A stretch of 63,519 nucleotides of DNA, the filler included, from Octopus bimaculoides (taxonomy: Eukaryota): NCBI RefSeq assembly GCF_001194135.2. It is 4 parts of 4 records of this genome, joined end to end, with 100 filler letters (N's around TTAATTAATTAA, not from the genome) between each part and the next. Parts side by side here need not be neighbours in the genome. Positions count along the whole stretch, not along the records: positions 41,057 to 61,137 come from NC_069007.1; 3 more parts are not named here. One strand, given 5' to 3'. Under the pieces are notes generated by a model. The model searched no databases, had not been told where the DNA came from, and saw only the letters and a program-made list of their open reading frames with translations. Each line of letters starts with the position of its first letter. Within the stretch, counting starts at the first letter, position 1. Positions 41,057 to 53,234 of this stretch are shown piece after piece. A program made the translations under genes and the position numbers.

Positions 41057-41340
41057 CTTCTCAACCAGAGCCGTTTAGATGCGTTCTCGGCAAAGTCTAT
41101 GCTGTTGCTGGCTGTTCTTTTTCTTATCATTCCTGTGATGCTCACTGTTCCATAGGCTCTCCTCAGGATACTTGTAAAATCTTGATTTCCTACCTCGACT
41201 GGCGAACACCGCGTTCTCCACTTGTTCTTGAGTTAGTGCTACACCAACACCTGATATTTAGCTCTCTTCTTCTCCTGCACCTCCTCTACTCTTTCCTTCC
41301 AGAGTGCAGTCAATCACTGCCTTCTCTGTGTATCACATAT
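41057..41340 (-). mobile_element. HERO/NeSL-like non-LTR retrotransposon, RLE C-terminal fragment
   Basis: Minus strand LTALWKERVEEVQEKKRAKYQ.LV...KWRTRCSPVEVG...FAENASKRLWLR resembles the ELTVPWE..E..E.K..KY...PVEVG..AE.AS.WLW pattern; two stops. Confidence 0.75.
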
Positions 41341-41458
41341 GATGCACAAGACACATCTCCCTAACGTCCATACAGCACATACGATACACATTCTCAATTT
41401 TTATTCAACCAACAGAGTAAACTTACACTTATGAAAGGACAGCTTTATAATGTTCAGT

Positions 41459-41576
41459 GCTTACGGCCATATCACGCTGAGAGCACCGGTTCTCGTCCGA
41501 TCACCGAAGTTAAGCAGCGTCGAGCCTAGTGAGTACTTAGATGGGTGATTGCTTGGGTAACCTAGGTGCTGTAAGC
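41459..41576 (+). rRNA. 5S rRNA: Full-length 5S rRNA copy, likely a retroposed pseudogene
   Basis: 118 nt starting GCTTACGGCCATATCACGCTGAGAGCACCGGTTCTCGTCCGATCACCGAAGTTAAGC. Helix I (GCTTACGGC/GCTGTAAGC) and ACGCTG/CAGCGT pair. A few substitutions appear around loop E and box C. Confidence 0.92.
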
Positions 41577-41585
41577 GTCACACAC

Positions 41586-41590
41586 TTTTT
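41586..41590 (+). terminator. Pol III terminator-like T5 run after the 5S copy
   Basis: TTTTT 9 nt after the 5S 3' end and directly abutting the SINE start. Confidence 0.55.
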
Positions 41591-41973
41591 GGAGGCACAA
41601 TGGCCCAGTGGTTGGGGCAGCGGACTCGCGGTCATAGGATCGCGGTTTCGATTCCCAGACCGGGCGTTGTCAATGTTTATTGAGCGAAAATACCTAAAGC
41701 TCCACCAGGCTCCGGCGGGGGATGGTGGCGAACCCTGCTGTACTCTTTCATCACAACTTTCTCTCACTCTTACTTCCTGTTTCTGTTGTGCCTGTATTTC
41801 AAAGGGTCAGCCTTGTCACACTGTGTCACGCTGAATATCCCCGAGAACTACGTTAAGGGTACACTTGTCTGTGGAGTGTTCAACCACTTGCACGTTAATT
41901 TCACGAGCAGGCTGTTCCGTTAATCGGATCAACTGGAACCCTCGACGTCGTAAGCGACGGAGTGCCAACAACA
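41591..41973 (+). mobile_element. tRNA-derived SINE group A, full length
   Basis: A box TGGCCCAGTGG, B box GGTTTCGATTCCC and a CAA-type tail. Nearly identical to 46943-47325. Confidence 0.9.
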
Positions 41974-42169
41974 ATAATATTCAGAATGTATGAAAGAAGA
42001 ACCAACTAAACGGCCGAAAATATATACGGATATTTAGAAGACATTTACCGAAATGCTTTGGACAGGCAAATGATTAATGTCACAGACAGGCTCATTATAA
42101 AGATGTTTCGGATGACACAATTCACTAACAACGATACACTAAACTATCTCTTCTAACGGAACTGTTTAA

Positions 42170-42336
42170 CTCTTTGCCTGTCCTGTGTATCTGTTTGCAA
42201 ACACCAGAGTAAATAGCAACTTAAGAAAGGAAAGCTTTATATTACTCAGGACGTATGAAAGGAAGCTAACTGAAAATCTGAAAACAAGCATTGACGTATT
42301 GGACAATCTTACGAAAATACTTTGACAGGGAAAGGG
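42170..42336. mobile_element. piggyBac-like MITE (167 bp)
   Basis: TTAA at 42166-69 and 42337-40; TIRs CTCTTTGCCTGTC / GACAGGGAAAGGG match at 11/13. A sibling copy ends at 42073 + TTAA. Confidence 0.7.
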
Positions 42337-42930
42337 TTAAATCCAATAGAATTAGCTGCTATGTTTTCTAGCAAACCATGATGATATTTCATCTCAATAA
42401 GATCCGGGTGATACGCACAGGAAATTATCGAATTCTTTAGTTGCGTCCTGCTATAAACACATATTTATTTTTAAAAAACTGTTACGTATCAACATCTAAC
42501 TCTAACCGTACCTATCTTCTTTTAAAACTCTGTCTGTGTATCTATTTGCACTGGTCTGTACACGTGTATAAGCCTAAATGTGTAGACGTGTATATGTGCA
42601 GATATCTGTGGACTTGCAAGTACGTTTATGCACCGGTAAAAGTATATTTGAGTGGATGCCTGGCTGAATAGGCTGACCGGCTCGTGAGCATGCATTAGTT
42701 ACGTAGATAATATTAAGTGTCCGTTAAATATAAAAAGAAATAGATACACATGTTGATCAATACAGCCAAGACAGTGTTGACTACTGATTAAATACTAGAG
42801 GAATAAACAATATCGCAAGTATGTGCGTATATGTATACGTGTAAGCATATGTATATTTGTGTATAGGTAAGTTTGTGTATATGGGTGAGAGTTTCACTCT
42901 CTCCATACACACAAACACATACTAGTGAAA

Positions 42931-43195
42931 ACGCGTGGCTTAATGGTTAACGTATTCGACGTGGCGTTGAGCAAGACACTGCTTCAGTCCACTCAGCGAG
43001 CAAAACTGAGTTGCACCTGTAAGTGAAAGGGTCAGCCTTATCGCATTCTGTGTCACGCTGAATCTCCCTGAGAACTACGTCAAGGGTACGTGTATCTGTG
43101 AAGTGCTCAGCAACTTGCTCGTTAATTTCACGTGCAAGCTGTTTCGTTGATCGAATCAACTAGAATACACGTTGTCGTAATCCACAGAACGTCAG
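42931..43195 (+). mobile_element. SINE group A2 copy, diverged and deleted
   Basis: CGCGTGGCTTAATGG head, TTGAGCAAGACAC, CCACTCAGC, then the A-type tail. Confidence 0.75.
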
Positions 43196-44199
43196 TTATA
43201 CATACATACATACATATGCGTGTGNNNNNNNNNNNNNNNNNNNNNNNNNNNNNNNNNNNNNNNNNNNNNNNNNNNNNNNNNNNNNNNNNNNNNNNNNNNN
43301 NNNNNNNNNNNNNNNNNNNNNNNNNNNNNNNNNNNNNNNNNNNNNNNNNNNNNNNNNNNNNNNNNNNNNNNNNNNNNNNNNNNNNNNNNNNNNNNNNNNN
43401 NNNNNNNNNNNNNNNNNNNNNNNNNNNNNNNNNNNNNNNNNNNNNNNNNNNNNNNNNNNNNNNNNNNNNNNNNNNNNNNNNNNNNNNNNNNNNNNNNNNN
43501 NNNNNNNNNNNNNNNNNNNNNNNNNNNNNNNNNNNNNNNNNNNNNNNNNNNNNNNNNNNNNNNNNNNNNNNNNNNNNNNNNNNNNNNNNNNNNNNNNNNN
43601 NNNNNNNNNNNNNNNNNNNNNNNNNNNNNNNNNNNNNNNNNNNNNNNNNNNNNNNNNNNNNNNNNNNNNNNNNNNNNNNNNNNNNNNNNNNNNNNNNNNN
43701 NNNNNNNNNNNNNNNNNNNNNNNNNNNNNNNNNNNNNNNNNNNNNNNNNNNNNNNNNNNNNNNNNNNNNNNNNNNNNNNNNNNNNNNNATATTTATATTC
43801 TTATATTTATATGTATCTACAAGGACGTATATATGCATATGTGTATTTAATCTATATATATGTATATACATGTGTGCATATGTATGGCTGCCCACGAATG
43901 TATATGCCCTTATATATGATGTGTGTATATATGCATGCGTGTGCATGTGCACATATATACGTATAAGTATATACATATATGCGTGCGCGCATTTATACAC
44001 AAACACACACACAAAAGCAAATACACATCAAACTTAATGTACCTTCAATGCAGCTGTCTCCCATAAAAGCTTATCACGGATTTATATTAAAATCTGAATC
44101 GTTATTTGCCTTAGCTTGATAAGTTAGCCTTGCATTCGTGCAGGAAACACCAGTGATGTGCACTTTAGCACAAACAACAACAACAACAACAATAATAAT

Positions 44200-44416
44200 A
44201 ATCCTTTCTACTAAAGGTACAAGGCCTGAAATTTGGGGTGAGGGGCTAGTTGATTATATCGACCCCAGTACACAACTGGTACTTATTTCATCGACCCTGA
44301 AAGGATGAAAGACAAAGTCGACCTCGCTGGAGTTTGAACTTAGAACGTAAAGACGAGCCAAATACCGATAAACAAATTGTCCTGCGTGCTAACGGTTCTG
44401 CCAGCACGCCGCCTTA

Positions 44417-44417
<1 letters not shown>
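44200..44417 (-). mobile_element. SINE group C, full length
   Basis: Complete alignment to other C copies, lying between (AAT)n and (GAT)n tracts. Confidence 0.9.
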
Positions 44418-44451
<34 letters not shown>

Positions 44452-44452
<1 letters not shown>

Positions 44453-44978
44453 TTTTCTTTATTCGGCACAAGGGCCGCAAAAACATTTAGGCCAATACAA
44501 AGGACAGCATGGATTTACATTGAACCATGTGAGCAATAAAAAAAACCCAATAACAACATAAACATTTATAGCAGCAAAATTATCAAATAGGTGGAGAGGA
44601 AACCCGACCCAGGGGTGACCAAAGAACCCCACAGATACCGAATACCCTTAATCACCAAGAGCACCACAACAAGATCTCCTCCGCTCCATCTCCATCTATA
44701 CTCTGTGGCCTTCAGGTGCCAGCTTATAGAAGATGAACTCACTCGAGCTATCCTTGCCCCAGTCACCCATCTTTCAACAAATTAACTGGGAGGAGTGCAG
44801 CTCATCTCTATCAACACCATATTTTTGTCAGGGAATTTTTAAATGTTAACAAAGATGGCAGTGTCGCTCTTCAGTCCTTTGTCATCTTCACCACACAACA
44901 TCCTTTGCCATAGTTTGTAAACAGAGGAAAACTGCCTGCTCTTCCCGTTCGAAGGAAAGCGGCGGAGCGATCTTCATG
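44452..44978 (-). mobile_element. L1/Tx1-like LINE 3' end with 3' UTR
   Basis: EQAVFLCLQTMAKDVVW...FVERWVTGARIAR, then a UTR ending AATAAAAGAAAA-(CAT)n. Clade assignment is from recalled motifs. Confidence 0.55.
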
Positions 44979-44983
44979 ATAGC

Positions 44984-45025
<42 letters not shown>

Positions 45026-46042
45026 AGCAGCAGCAGCAGCAGCAAATTTTGGCACAAGGACATTGATTCTAGTATTCAACTAGTACTTNNNNNNNNNNNN
45101 NNNNNNNNNNNNNNNNNNNNNNNNNNNNNNNNNNNNNNNNNNNNNNNNNNNNNNNNNNNNNNNNNNNNNNNNNNNNNNNNNNNNNNNNNNNNNNNNNNNN
45201 NNNNNNNNNNNNNNNNNNNNNNNNNNNNNNNNNNNNNNNNNNNNNNNNNNNNNNNNNNNNNNNNNNNNNNNNNNNNNNNNNNNNNNNNNNNNNNNNNNNN
45301 NNNNNNNNNNNNNNNNNNNNNNNNNNNNNNNNNNNNNNNNNNNNNNNNNNNNNNNNNNNNNNNNNNNNNNNNNNNNNNNNNNNNNNNNNNNNNNNNNNNN
45401 NNNNNNNNNNNNNNNNNNNNNNNNNNNNNNNNNNNNNNNNNNNNNNNNNNNNNNNNNNNNNNNNNNNNNNNNNNNNNNNNNNNNNNNNNNNNNNNNNNNN
45501 NNNNNNNNNNNNNNNNNNNNNNNNNNNNNNNNNNNNNNNNNNNNNNNNNNNNNNNNNNNNNNNNNNNNNNNNNNNNNNNNNNNNNNNNNNNNNNNNNNNN
45601 NNNNNNNNNNNNNNNNNNNNNNNNNNNNNNNNNNNNNNNNNNNNNNNNNNNNNNNNNNNNNNNNNNNNNNNNNNNNNNNNNNNNNNNNNNNNNNNNNNNN
45701 NNNNNNNNNNNNNNNNNNNNNNNNNNNNNNNNNNNNNNNNNNNNNNNNNNNNNNNNNNNNTGTATAGAGGAATATATTATTTTGTTTAAAAGAGTTCCAG
45801 CTCTGTCTGTTTTTTATGTTTTATTTATATTCCTGCAGAACCAATGTGGGGTATAGAATATGGAATATACAATATATAATATAATATACAATATATAATA
45901 TAAAATAAAATAAAAATGGAAGGCACCATGAAATAAAGTATTGAATGTAGATGAAATATTGAGTGTTCAATATAAAGGATCAAATATATAAATATAAGTA
46001 TATATATATATATATGTATAAAGAGAGAAAAGGATAAAGCGA

Positions 46043-46102
46043 CCAATGGCAAAGTTAGAAATATGTTTTATGGATAAAACACATTTCTAACTTTGCCATT
46101 GG
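46043..46102. repeat. Near-perfect inverted repeat (28-bp arms, 4-nt loop)
   Basis: CCAATGGCAAAGTTAGAAATATGTTTTA-TGGA-TAAAACACATTTCTAACTTTGCCATTGG; one mismatch. Confidence 0.95.
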
Positions 46103-46199
46103 CGGACAAAAGATAAGACAGGAAAACAAACGGGAAAAGAAAACAAGACAACGTATGTATGTATGCGCATGCATGCACACACGTTAATATGTGCTTTTT

Positions 46200-48582
46200 G
46201 TTTCACATAGGTACAAGTTTAGATATTCGTTTGGGACGGTGACAGTTCATTAAATTGACGTCGGTCCCAGTATTCAACTGGTATTAATCTATTTTATGAA
46301 AGACAAAGTTGACCTCGATGGGATTACGACTCATGAAGACGCAAAACTCTCTCCGACGCATACCTCGTTTTGCTACCGCAAATAATAGTAAAAGTAATTT
46401 TATCACAAGGCCAGCAATTTAAAGGTGAGACGCAAATTGATTACGTCATCCTCAGGAACTGTTTCGTATTTATTTTATTGATCCTGAAGAGTCGTGAAGC
46501 AAAGTTGAATGAGGTGGGATTCGAACTCGGAACGTAAAGAGGCTAAATAAATACGCATATCAATCCTTGCCGTCTAATTCAAAGATTCTGCCGATCCGCA
46601 ATTTTAAAAGTAATGGTTTTTGTTTTAAATTTTTATTTTAGGCACCAGACAAAATATTTTGAGGCGAGTAGGATTTAATCAATATCATTAACTCTGGTGC
46701 TAGTCTGATTCTTATTTTTATCGACCTTGAAAGGGGGAAAGATAAAGTTGAAAGATAAATTGAACTCAGAATGTAAAATGACGAGACAAATGTCACGTGA
46801 CACTTTTTTCTGGCGCTCTAATGATTCTGCCATCTTACCAAACCCATTAATAAAAGAAACAATGATTTCAAATTTTGGCACAAGGCCAGCAATTTCTGGA
46901 GTGGGGATAAGCTGATTACATAGATCCTAGTGCTAAACTAGTGGAGGCGCAATGGCCCAGTGGTTAGGGCAGCGGACTCGCGGTCATAGGATCGCGGTTT
47001 CGATTCCCAGACCGGGCTTTGTGTTTTTTGAGTGAAAACACCTAAAAGCTCCACGAGACTCCGGCAGGGGATGGTGGCGAACCCTGCTGTACTCTTTCAC
47101 CACAACTTTCTCTCACTCTTACTTCCTGTTTCTGTTGTGCCTGTAATTCAAAGGGTCAGCCTTGTCACACTGTGTCACGCTGAATATCCCCGAGAACTAC
47201 GTTAAGGGTACACGTGTCTGTGGAGTGCTCAGCCACTTGCACGTTAATTTCACGAGCAGGCTGTTCCGTTGATCGGATCAACTGGAACCCTCGTCGTCGT
47301 AAGCGACGGAATGCCAACACAATACAGTGCTAAACTGGTACTTATTTTATCGATCTCGGAACGATAAGAGGCAAAGTCGACCTCAGCGGAATTTGAACTC
47401 AAACGGATGAAATGCTCAGCTAGGTATTTTTCCCGATATGCTCACAATTCTGTCAGCTAGCCACCTAATATTAATGCTTTCAAATTTCATGCAAAAGGCC
47501 AACAATTTCGGGGGATGGGTAAGTCGTTTAAATCGACCCCACTGTTTGACAGGTATTTATTTTATCGACGCCGATAGGATGAAAGGCAAAGTCAACCTCG
47601 GTGGTATTTGAACTCAGAACGTGAAGACAGACAAAACGCACCGCTATGAATTTTGTCCCGTATGGTAACGATTCTGCCAGATCAAAACATAATGAAATGC
47701 CGCTAAGCATTCTGTGCGGTGTACTAACGATTTCGTCAGTTCACCGCTTTAAACAATAGTAACAATAATAATCCTTCCTATTATAGGCATAAGATCTGAA
47801 TTTTTGGTGGAGTTAGTTGATTATATCAACCTCAGTGCTTAACTGATACTTATTTTATCGACCCCAAAAATATAAAAGGCAAAGTCGACCTCGGCGGAAT
47901 TTGAACTCAGAGCGGAAAGACGGACGAAATTATGCTATGCATATTGCTCGACAGGCAGACACCACCCTCATAATAATAATAAAAATGATCCTTTCTACTA
48001 TAGGCACAAGGGCCTGGAATTTAGGGGAGAGGGATAGTCGATTACATCGACCCTTGTGTTTCAATGATAACTTAATTTATCGACCTCGAAAGGATGAAAG
48101 ACAAAGCTGACCTCAGCGGAATTTGAACTCAGAACGTAGTGATGAGTGAATTGCTGCTAGGCATTTTGTCCAACATGCTCACGATTCTGTGAGCTCACCG
48201 CTTTCTTAATAATAACAATAACAACAACAACAAATAATAATAATAATAATAATAATAATAGTCTCTTGAGGTCTCTGGGTGAGACTTGGATCCAACTTGT
48301 ACAAATGCAAAGCAAAAGTCAAACATAAAATAATAATAATTATTATAATAATTCTTTCTACTATAGACACAAGGCCTAGATTTTATTTGTGGCTGGCGGG
48401 GGTGGGGACATTAGATCACATCGACCCCAGTACTCAAGTGGTACTTGATTAATCGACCCCGAAAGATTAAGAAGACAAAGTCAACCTCGGCGGAATTTGA
48501 ATTCGGAACGTAGTGACGGGTGAAACATTACCGCTAAGCATTTCATCCAACATGTTAACTAACCTGCCAGCTCGCTGCCTTA
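46200..48582 (-). mobile_element. Head-to-tail array of about 8-9 diverged SINE C copies
   Basis: Recurring CAAAGTCGACCTCGGCGGAATTTGAACTC core every ~200-250 bp, same strand, separated by AAT-rich spacers. Confidence 0.85.
46943..47325 (+). mobile_element. SINE group A, full length, nested in a SINE C copy with a 14-bp TSD
   Basis: AGTGCTAAACTAGT (46929-42) / AGTGCTAAACTGGT (47326-39). Confidence 0.92.
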
Positions 48583-49178
48583 ATAATAATAATGATGATA
48601 ATAATAATAATAATAATAATGATGATGATGATAATAACAACGGCTATGCTGATAACAAAATGGTTTAGAATTTTTTGTGTGCAAAGGGGAGGGTGAAGGT
48701 ATGTATGATGAAGAATACGTGTTACTCTTTGCGTTTCTGCGCGTGTGTGAATGTTACATCTGCGATGTGTGCTTTTCAATTCGCTGTTCTGAGTCAGAGT
48801 TTGTTTAAAGTGAGGGACAAAATGTCAAAAGACATATTGGAAGACAGTTGAGACAAACTGATAAGAATCAATCAAATATACAAGGAAAAAAAATGGGGTG
48901 CGTATAATGTTTGTGTAAAGGTATTTTATATTGTATGTGTGTGTGTGTGTATGTGTATGCATTTCATATTGTATGTGTGTGTGTATTTCATATTGTAGGC
49001 GTGTGTCTGTCCATACACACAAATGGGGCGAGTGATGTATGTGCATGTATATATATGTACGTTTAAAGATATATGTTATGTATATATATATATGTATATG
49101 TGTGTGTACATGTATATATATATATATATACACATATGTGATTATGTATGCATGTGTGTATATGTGTACATATATATA

Positions 49179-49213
<35 letters not shown>

Positions 49214-49321
49214 GTGTGTGTGTGTATGTATGCGTGTATGTGTGTATATACGTATAAATGTGTGTGTATATATATGTGTGCGAGAGCGTGTATAATTATA
49301 TATATATATATATATATATAC

Positions 49322-49606
49322 TCTTTTCTTTTATTCTTTTACTTGTTTCAGTCATTTGACTGCGGCCATGCTGGAGCACCGCTTTTAGTCGAGCAAATCG
49401 ACCCCAGGACTTATTCTTTGTAAGCCTAGTACTTATTCTATCGGTCTCTATTGCCGAACCGCTAAGTTACGGGGATATAAACAGACCAGCATCGGTTGTC
49501 AAGCAATGTTGGGGGGACAAACACAGACACACAAACATATATACGCACATACATACATATACATATATACGACGGGCTTCATTCAGTTTCCATCTACCAA
49601 ATCCAC
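49322..49606 (-). mobile_element. SINE group B, head lost in a gap
   Basis: Near-exact reverse complement of 62040-62330. Confidence 0.9.
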
Positions 49607-50120
49607 NNNNNNNNNNNNNNNNNNNNNNNNNNNNNNNNNNNNNNNNNNNNNNNNNNNNNNNNNNNNNNNNNNNNNNNNNNNNNNNNNNNNNNNNNNNNNN
49701 NNNNNNAAGTGAATAATAGACTACGCGCGTTTCGTGGCCACATAAAAGTGGAAAAGGTCTGGACAATTTACAAGAAATCGATCAAGATAAGTTCCACTCA
49801 GAATGAGGACACTCTTCAGGTCTTGTAACTTCAAAAAACGTAACCTAATATTTAAAAATGCAATAAAATAAAATAGGAAAATGTAGAAATATCTGTACGT
49901 TTAAGCAGTTATTAGTACAACACATAAAATGTCAAGGTTTTATAATAATAATCATCTGTCAATTTAAAGGCATAAATCGTCTAAAGAAGAAATACTTTCT
50001 GTAGATTAAGAATAGGAAAACATATAAAAATATAGTGTTATTAACTATTAAATGAATTCGGACGTTCAGCAGTATTAATAAAAAGAACAACATCACTTAT
50101 CTTATCGAAGATACTTTGTC

Positions 50121-50168
<48 letters not shown>

Positions 50169-50194
50169 GTATCTAAACACTCACACAGACACGC

Positions 50195-50380
50195 ACACTG
50201 CATTTGATGGCGTACAAGACGCACTGTTTACCACGCAATCACATCCCCCTGGGTTCCCCTATGTGAAGTCGGGCCTCCCATAAGGTACTAAGAAATTTTT
50301 CCCTGAATATCCACTGCTGAAATTGGGGGGGGGGCGTCTGTCTAATATTCTCGCGCGTGTTTTATGCCGTCAAGTACGAT
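50195..50380. mobile_element. Possible pogo/Tc1-type MITE
   Basis: CATTTGATGGCGTACAAGACGC vs the reverse complement of GCGTGTTTTATGCCGTCAAGTA (about 16/22). Confidence 0.45.
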
Positions 50381-52907
50381 TTGAAAAATCATGAGCATTG
50401 TTTGAATGTAGATCGTCTCCTTTGAGAAGTGATGCGTGACTTGATTGGCTCTAATTAGTCTTGTTTGTGACCGTGACCAAGAAGAGAAATACTGAGTTCT
50501 ACATGGTTGTGTGCGGGCGCGTGTGCATGTATAGGAGAATGAGAGTGGAATAATGAGAAGACTCTGTTTTAGATCAATATGTGTAAATTAACACGTTAAA
50601 CTGGTCATACCAGGCCCAAATATTCTACCAGTTTTATATCTAAATCCAGCCAGATATGGCCTGTCACACCTAAAATCACTCTAAAAATAAATAATAAATA
50701 AAATCATTGTAGGTCAATGATAGCTCTCAGTGCGCACGCAACCGTGTGCTGCCATCTGTTGACGCGGTACAGAACTAGTCCAGGAACTTTTTTATACCAC
50801 CTCTTATATATAAAAATATGCACATGAGTCTGTCCTCGATCTAGTCCTTAATTTATCCACTCCGTCCTGATTCCAGTCTACACCCCTACCATGTCAGATG
50901 CTTTTCCCCGACACATAAAACTCTTGCACCCATCTTGCACTTTCACGGATATAATTCGGATTTAAATATATTTTATATTTTACTTTATTTGATTTTACTT
51001 TGCTGTATTGTTATATCGATCTTTTTCTATTGTCTTATTATGGTTTCCAATAAAGAACATTTTTTTTCCATACTTTTGTATTTTATATCTTATATTAAAT
51101 TTGTATATTCTACGGAACTGCTAATGTCAATAACTTAAGTTTTAACTTGTTTGCGCATCTTTCAGTATTGGTGTCAGATCACATTTTCTCCATCATACCT
51201 GTTATTCTATTTTCTATTACTCGTCTTTGTCTGTTTGTCTGTGTGTTTGCAAAATTACTGGAAAACGGCTGAACGTGTTTTTACCTCATTTGGCAGAAAA
51301 ACTCATTGGGTTAGTAGCTGGAAATGACGAACATTTGGTTTGATTATTTAAAAAAAAAAAGAAAGAATTAAAAAATTTTTAAATAATCGAACTTACAAAT
51401 TTCGCGATACGCAAGTGGTCATTATTTTGTTCACTTTCTTTTTCATATGAATCGACCCTCGTTTGACTGCATAAATCATGGTGTACCTATGCGCGTAGAC
51501 TCGTGTGGGTACATACATACATATATATGTATGTACATATATTTACGTATATCTGCATTTATATATATATATATATATATACAGAGAGAGAGAGAGAGAG
51601 AGATGCGGTATATACATATTTATACGTGTTTGTGTGTGTATGTGTGTGCATATATATATGCATATATGTGTATATATGTATATGTGTATACATTTATACA
51701 CATATATACACACATATATGTCTGTGTATATGCATGTGTATACGTGTATGTGCGTATATATATATATATATATATATATATACGTGTACATATTTATGTA
51801 TATATGCACCAACACACACACATATATACATCTATGTGTGTGTATATATATATGTGTGTATGTATGTATGTATGTATGTATGTATTAGACAAAATGAGAT
51901 AACAAACCCATGGCTGTGAGGCGTTTTCAGGACATTTATAAGGAAAAAATATAGTCTTACAGCTTTTTCTGGGATATTATGGATATCCTTTCATCATATA
52001 TATATATATATATATATACATGAATTTCCCGTAAACAAACGAAACACATCATCATTCGCAACACTTGTACAAAGCATTTTGTTACCAATTCTCCATGTAT
52101 CAACTTACCCTCGTATGATTCCTGCTTGCATGCCANNNNNNNNNNNNNNNNNNNNNNNNNNNNNNNNNNNNNNNNNNNNNNNNNNNNNNNNNNNNNNNNN
52201 NNNNNNNNNNNNNNNNNNNNNNNNNNNNNNNNNNNNNNNNNNNNNNNNNNNNNNNNNNNNNNNNNNNNNNNNNNNNNNNNNNNNNNNNNNNNNNNNNNNN
52301 NNNNNNNNNNNNNNNNNNNNNNNNNNNNNNNNNNNNNNNNNNNNNNNNNNNNNNNNNNNNNNNNNNNNNNNNNNNNNNNNNNNNNNNNNNNNNNNNNNNN
52401 NNNNNNNNNNNNNNNNNNNNNNNNNNNNNNNNNNNNNNNNNNNNNNNNNNNNNNNNNNNNNNNNNNNNNNNNNNNNNNNNNNNNNNNNNNNNNNNNNNNN
52501 NNNNNNNNNNNNNNNNNNNNNNNNNNNNNNNNNNNNNNNNNNNNNNNNNNNNNNNNNNNNNNNNNNNNNNNNNNNNNNNNNNNNNNNNNNNNNNNNNNNN
52601 NNNNNNNNNNNNNNNNNNNNNNNNNNNNNNNNNNNNNNNNNNNNNNNNNNNNNNNNNNNNNNNNNNNNNNNNNNNNNNNNNNNNNNNNNNNNNNNNNNNN
52701 NNNNNNNNNNNNNNNNNNNNNNNNNNNNNNNNNNNNNNNNNNNNNNNNNNNNNNNNNNNNNNNNNNNNNNNNNNNNNNNNNNNNNNNNNNNNNNNNNNNN
52801 NNNNNNNNNNNNNNNNNNNNNNNNNNNNNNNNNNNNNNNNNNNNNNNNNNNNNNNNNNNNNNNNNNNNNNNNNNNNNNNNNNNNNNNNNNNNNNNNNNNN
52901 NNNNNNN

Positions 52908-53137
52908 GTACTCTTCCACCACAACTTTCTCTCACTCTTACTTCCTGTTTCTGTTGTGCCTGTAATTCAAAGGGTCAGCCTTGTCACACTGTGTCACGTT
53001 GAATCTCCCCGAGAACTACGTTAAGGGTACACGTGTCTGTGGAGTGCTCAGCCACTTGCACGTTAATTTCACGAGCTGGCTGTTCCGTTCATCGGATCAA
53101 ATGGAACCTTCGTGGTCGTAACCGACGGAGTGCCAAC
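52908..53137 (+). mobile_element. SINE group A, 3' two-thirds after a gap
   Basis: Matches 47088-47320. Confidence 0.9.
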
Positions 53138-53234
53138 TAGAACTAGACGTTTCGCATTCAAATCTCACTGAGGCCAACATTGCCCTTCTAATGATTTTAC
53201 CAACTCGCCACCCTGATAAATATAATGTTACATA

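Noticed and set aside
41591-41665. tRNA gene call for SINE heads
   Set aside because: A/B boxes are present but there is no complete cloverleaf, and the sequence continues into SINE bodies.
51225-51300. Helentron/DINE-1-like motif (CTGTTTGTCTGTGTG...AAAACGGCTGAAC)
   Set aside because: Too short, with no subterminal repeats or 3' hairpin seen to support a call.
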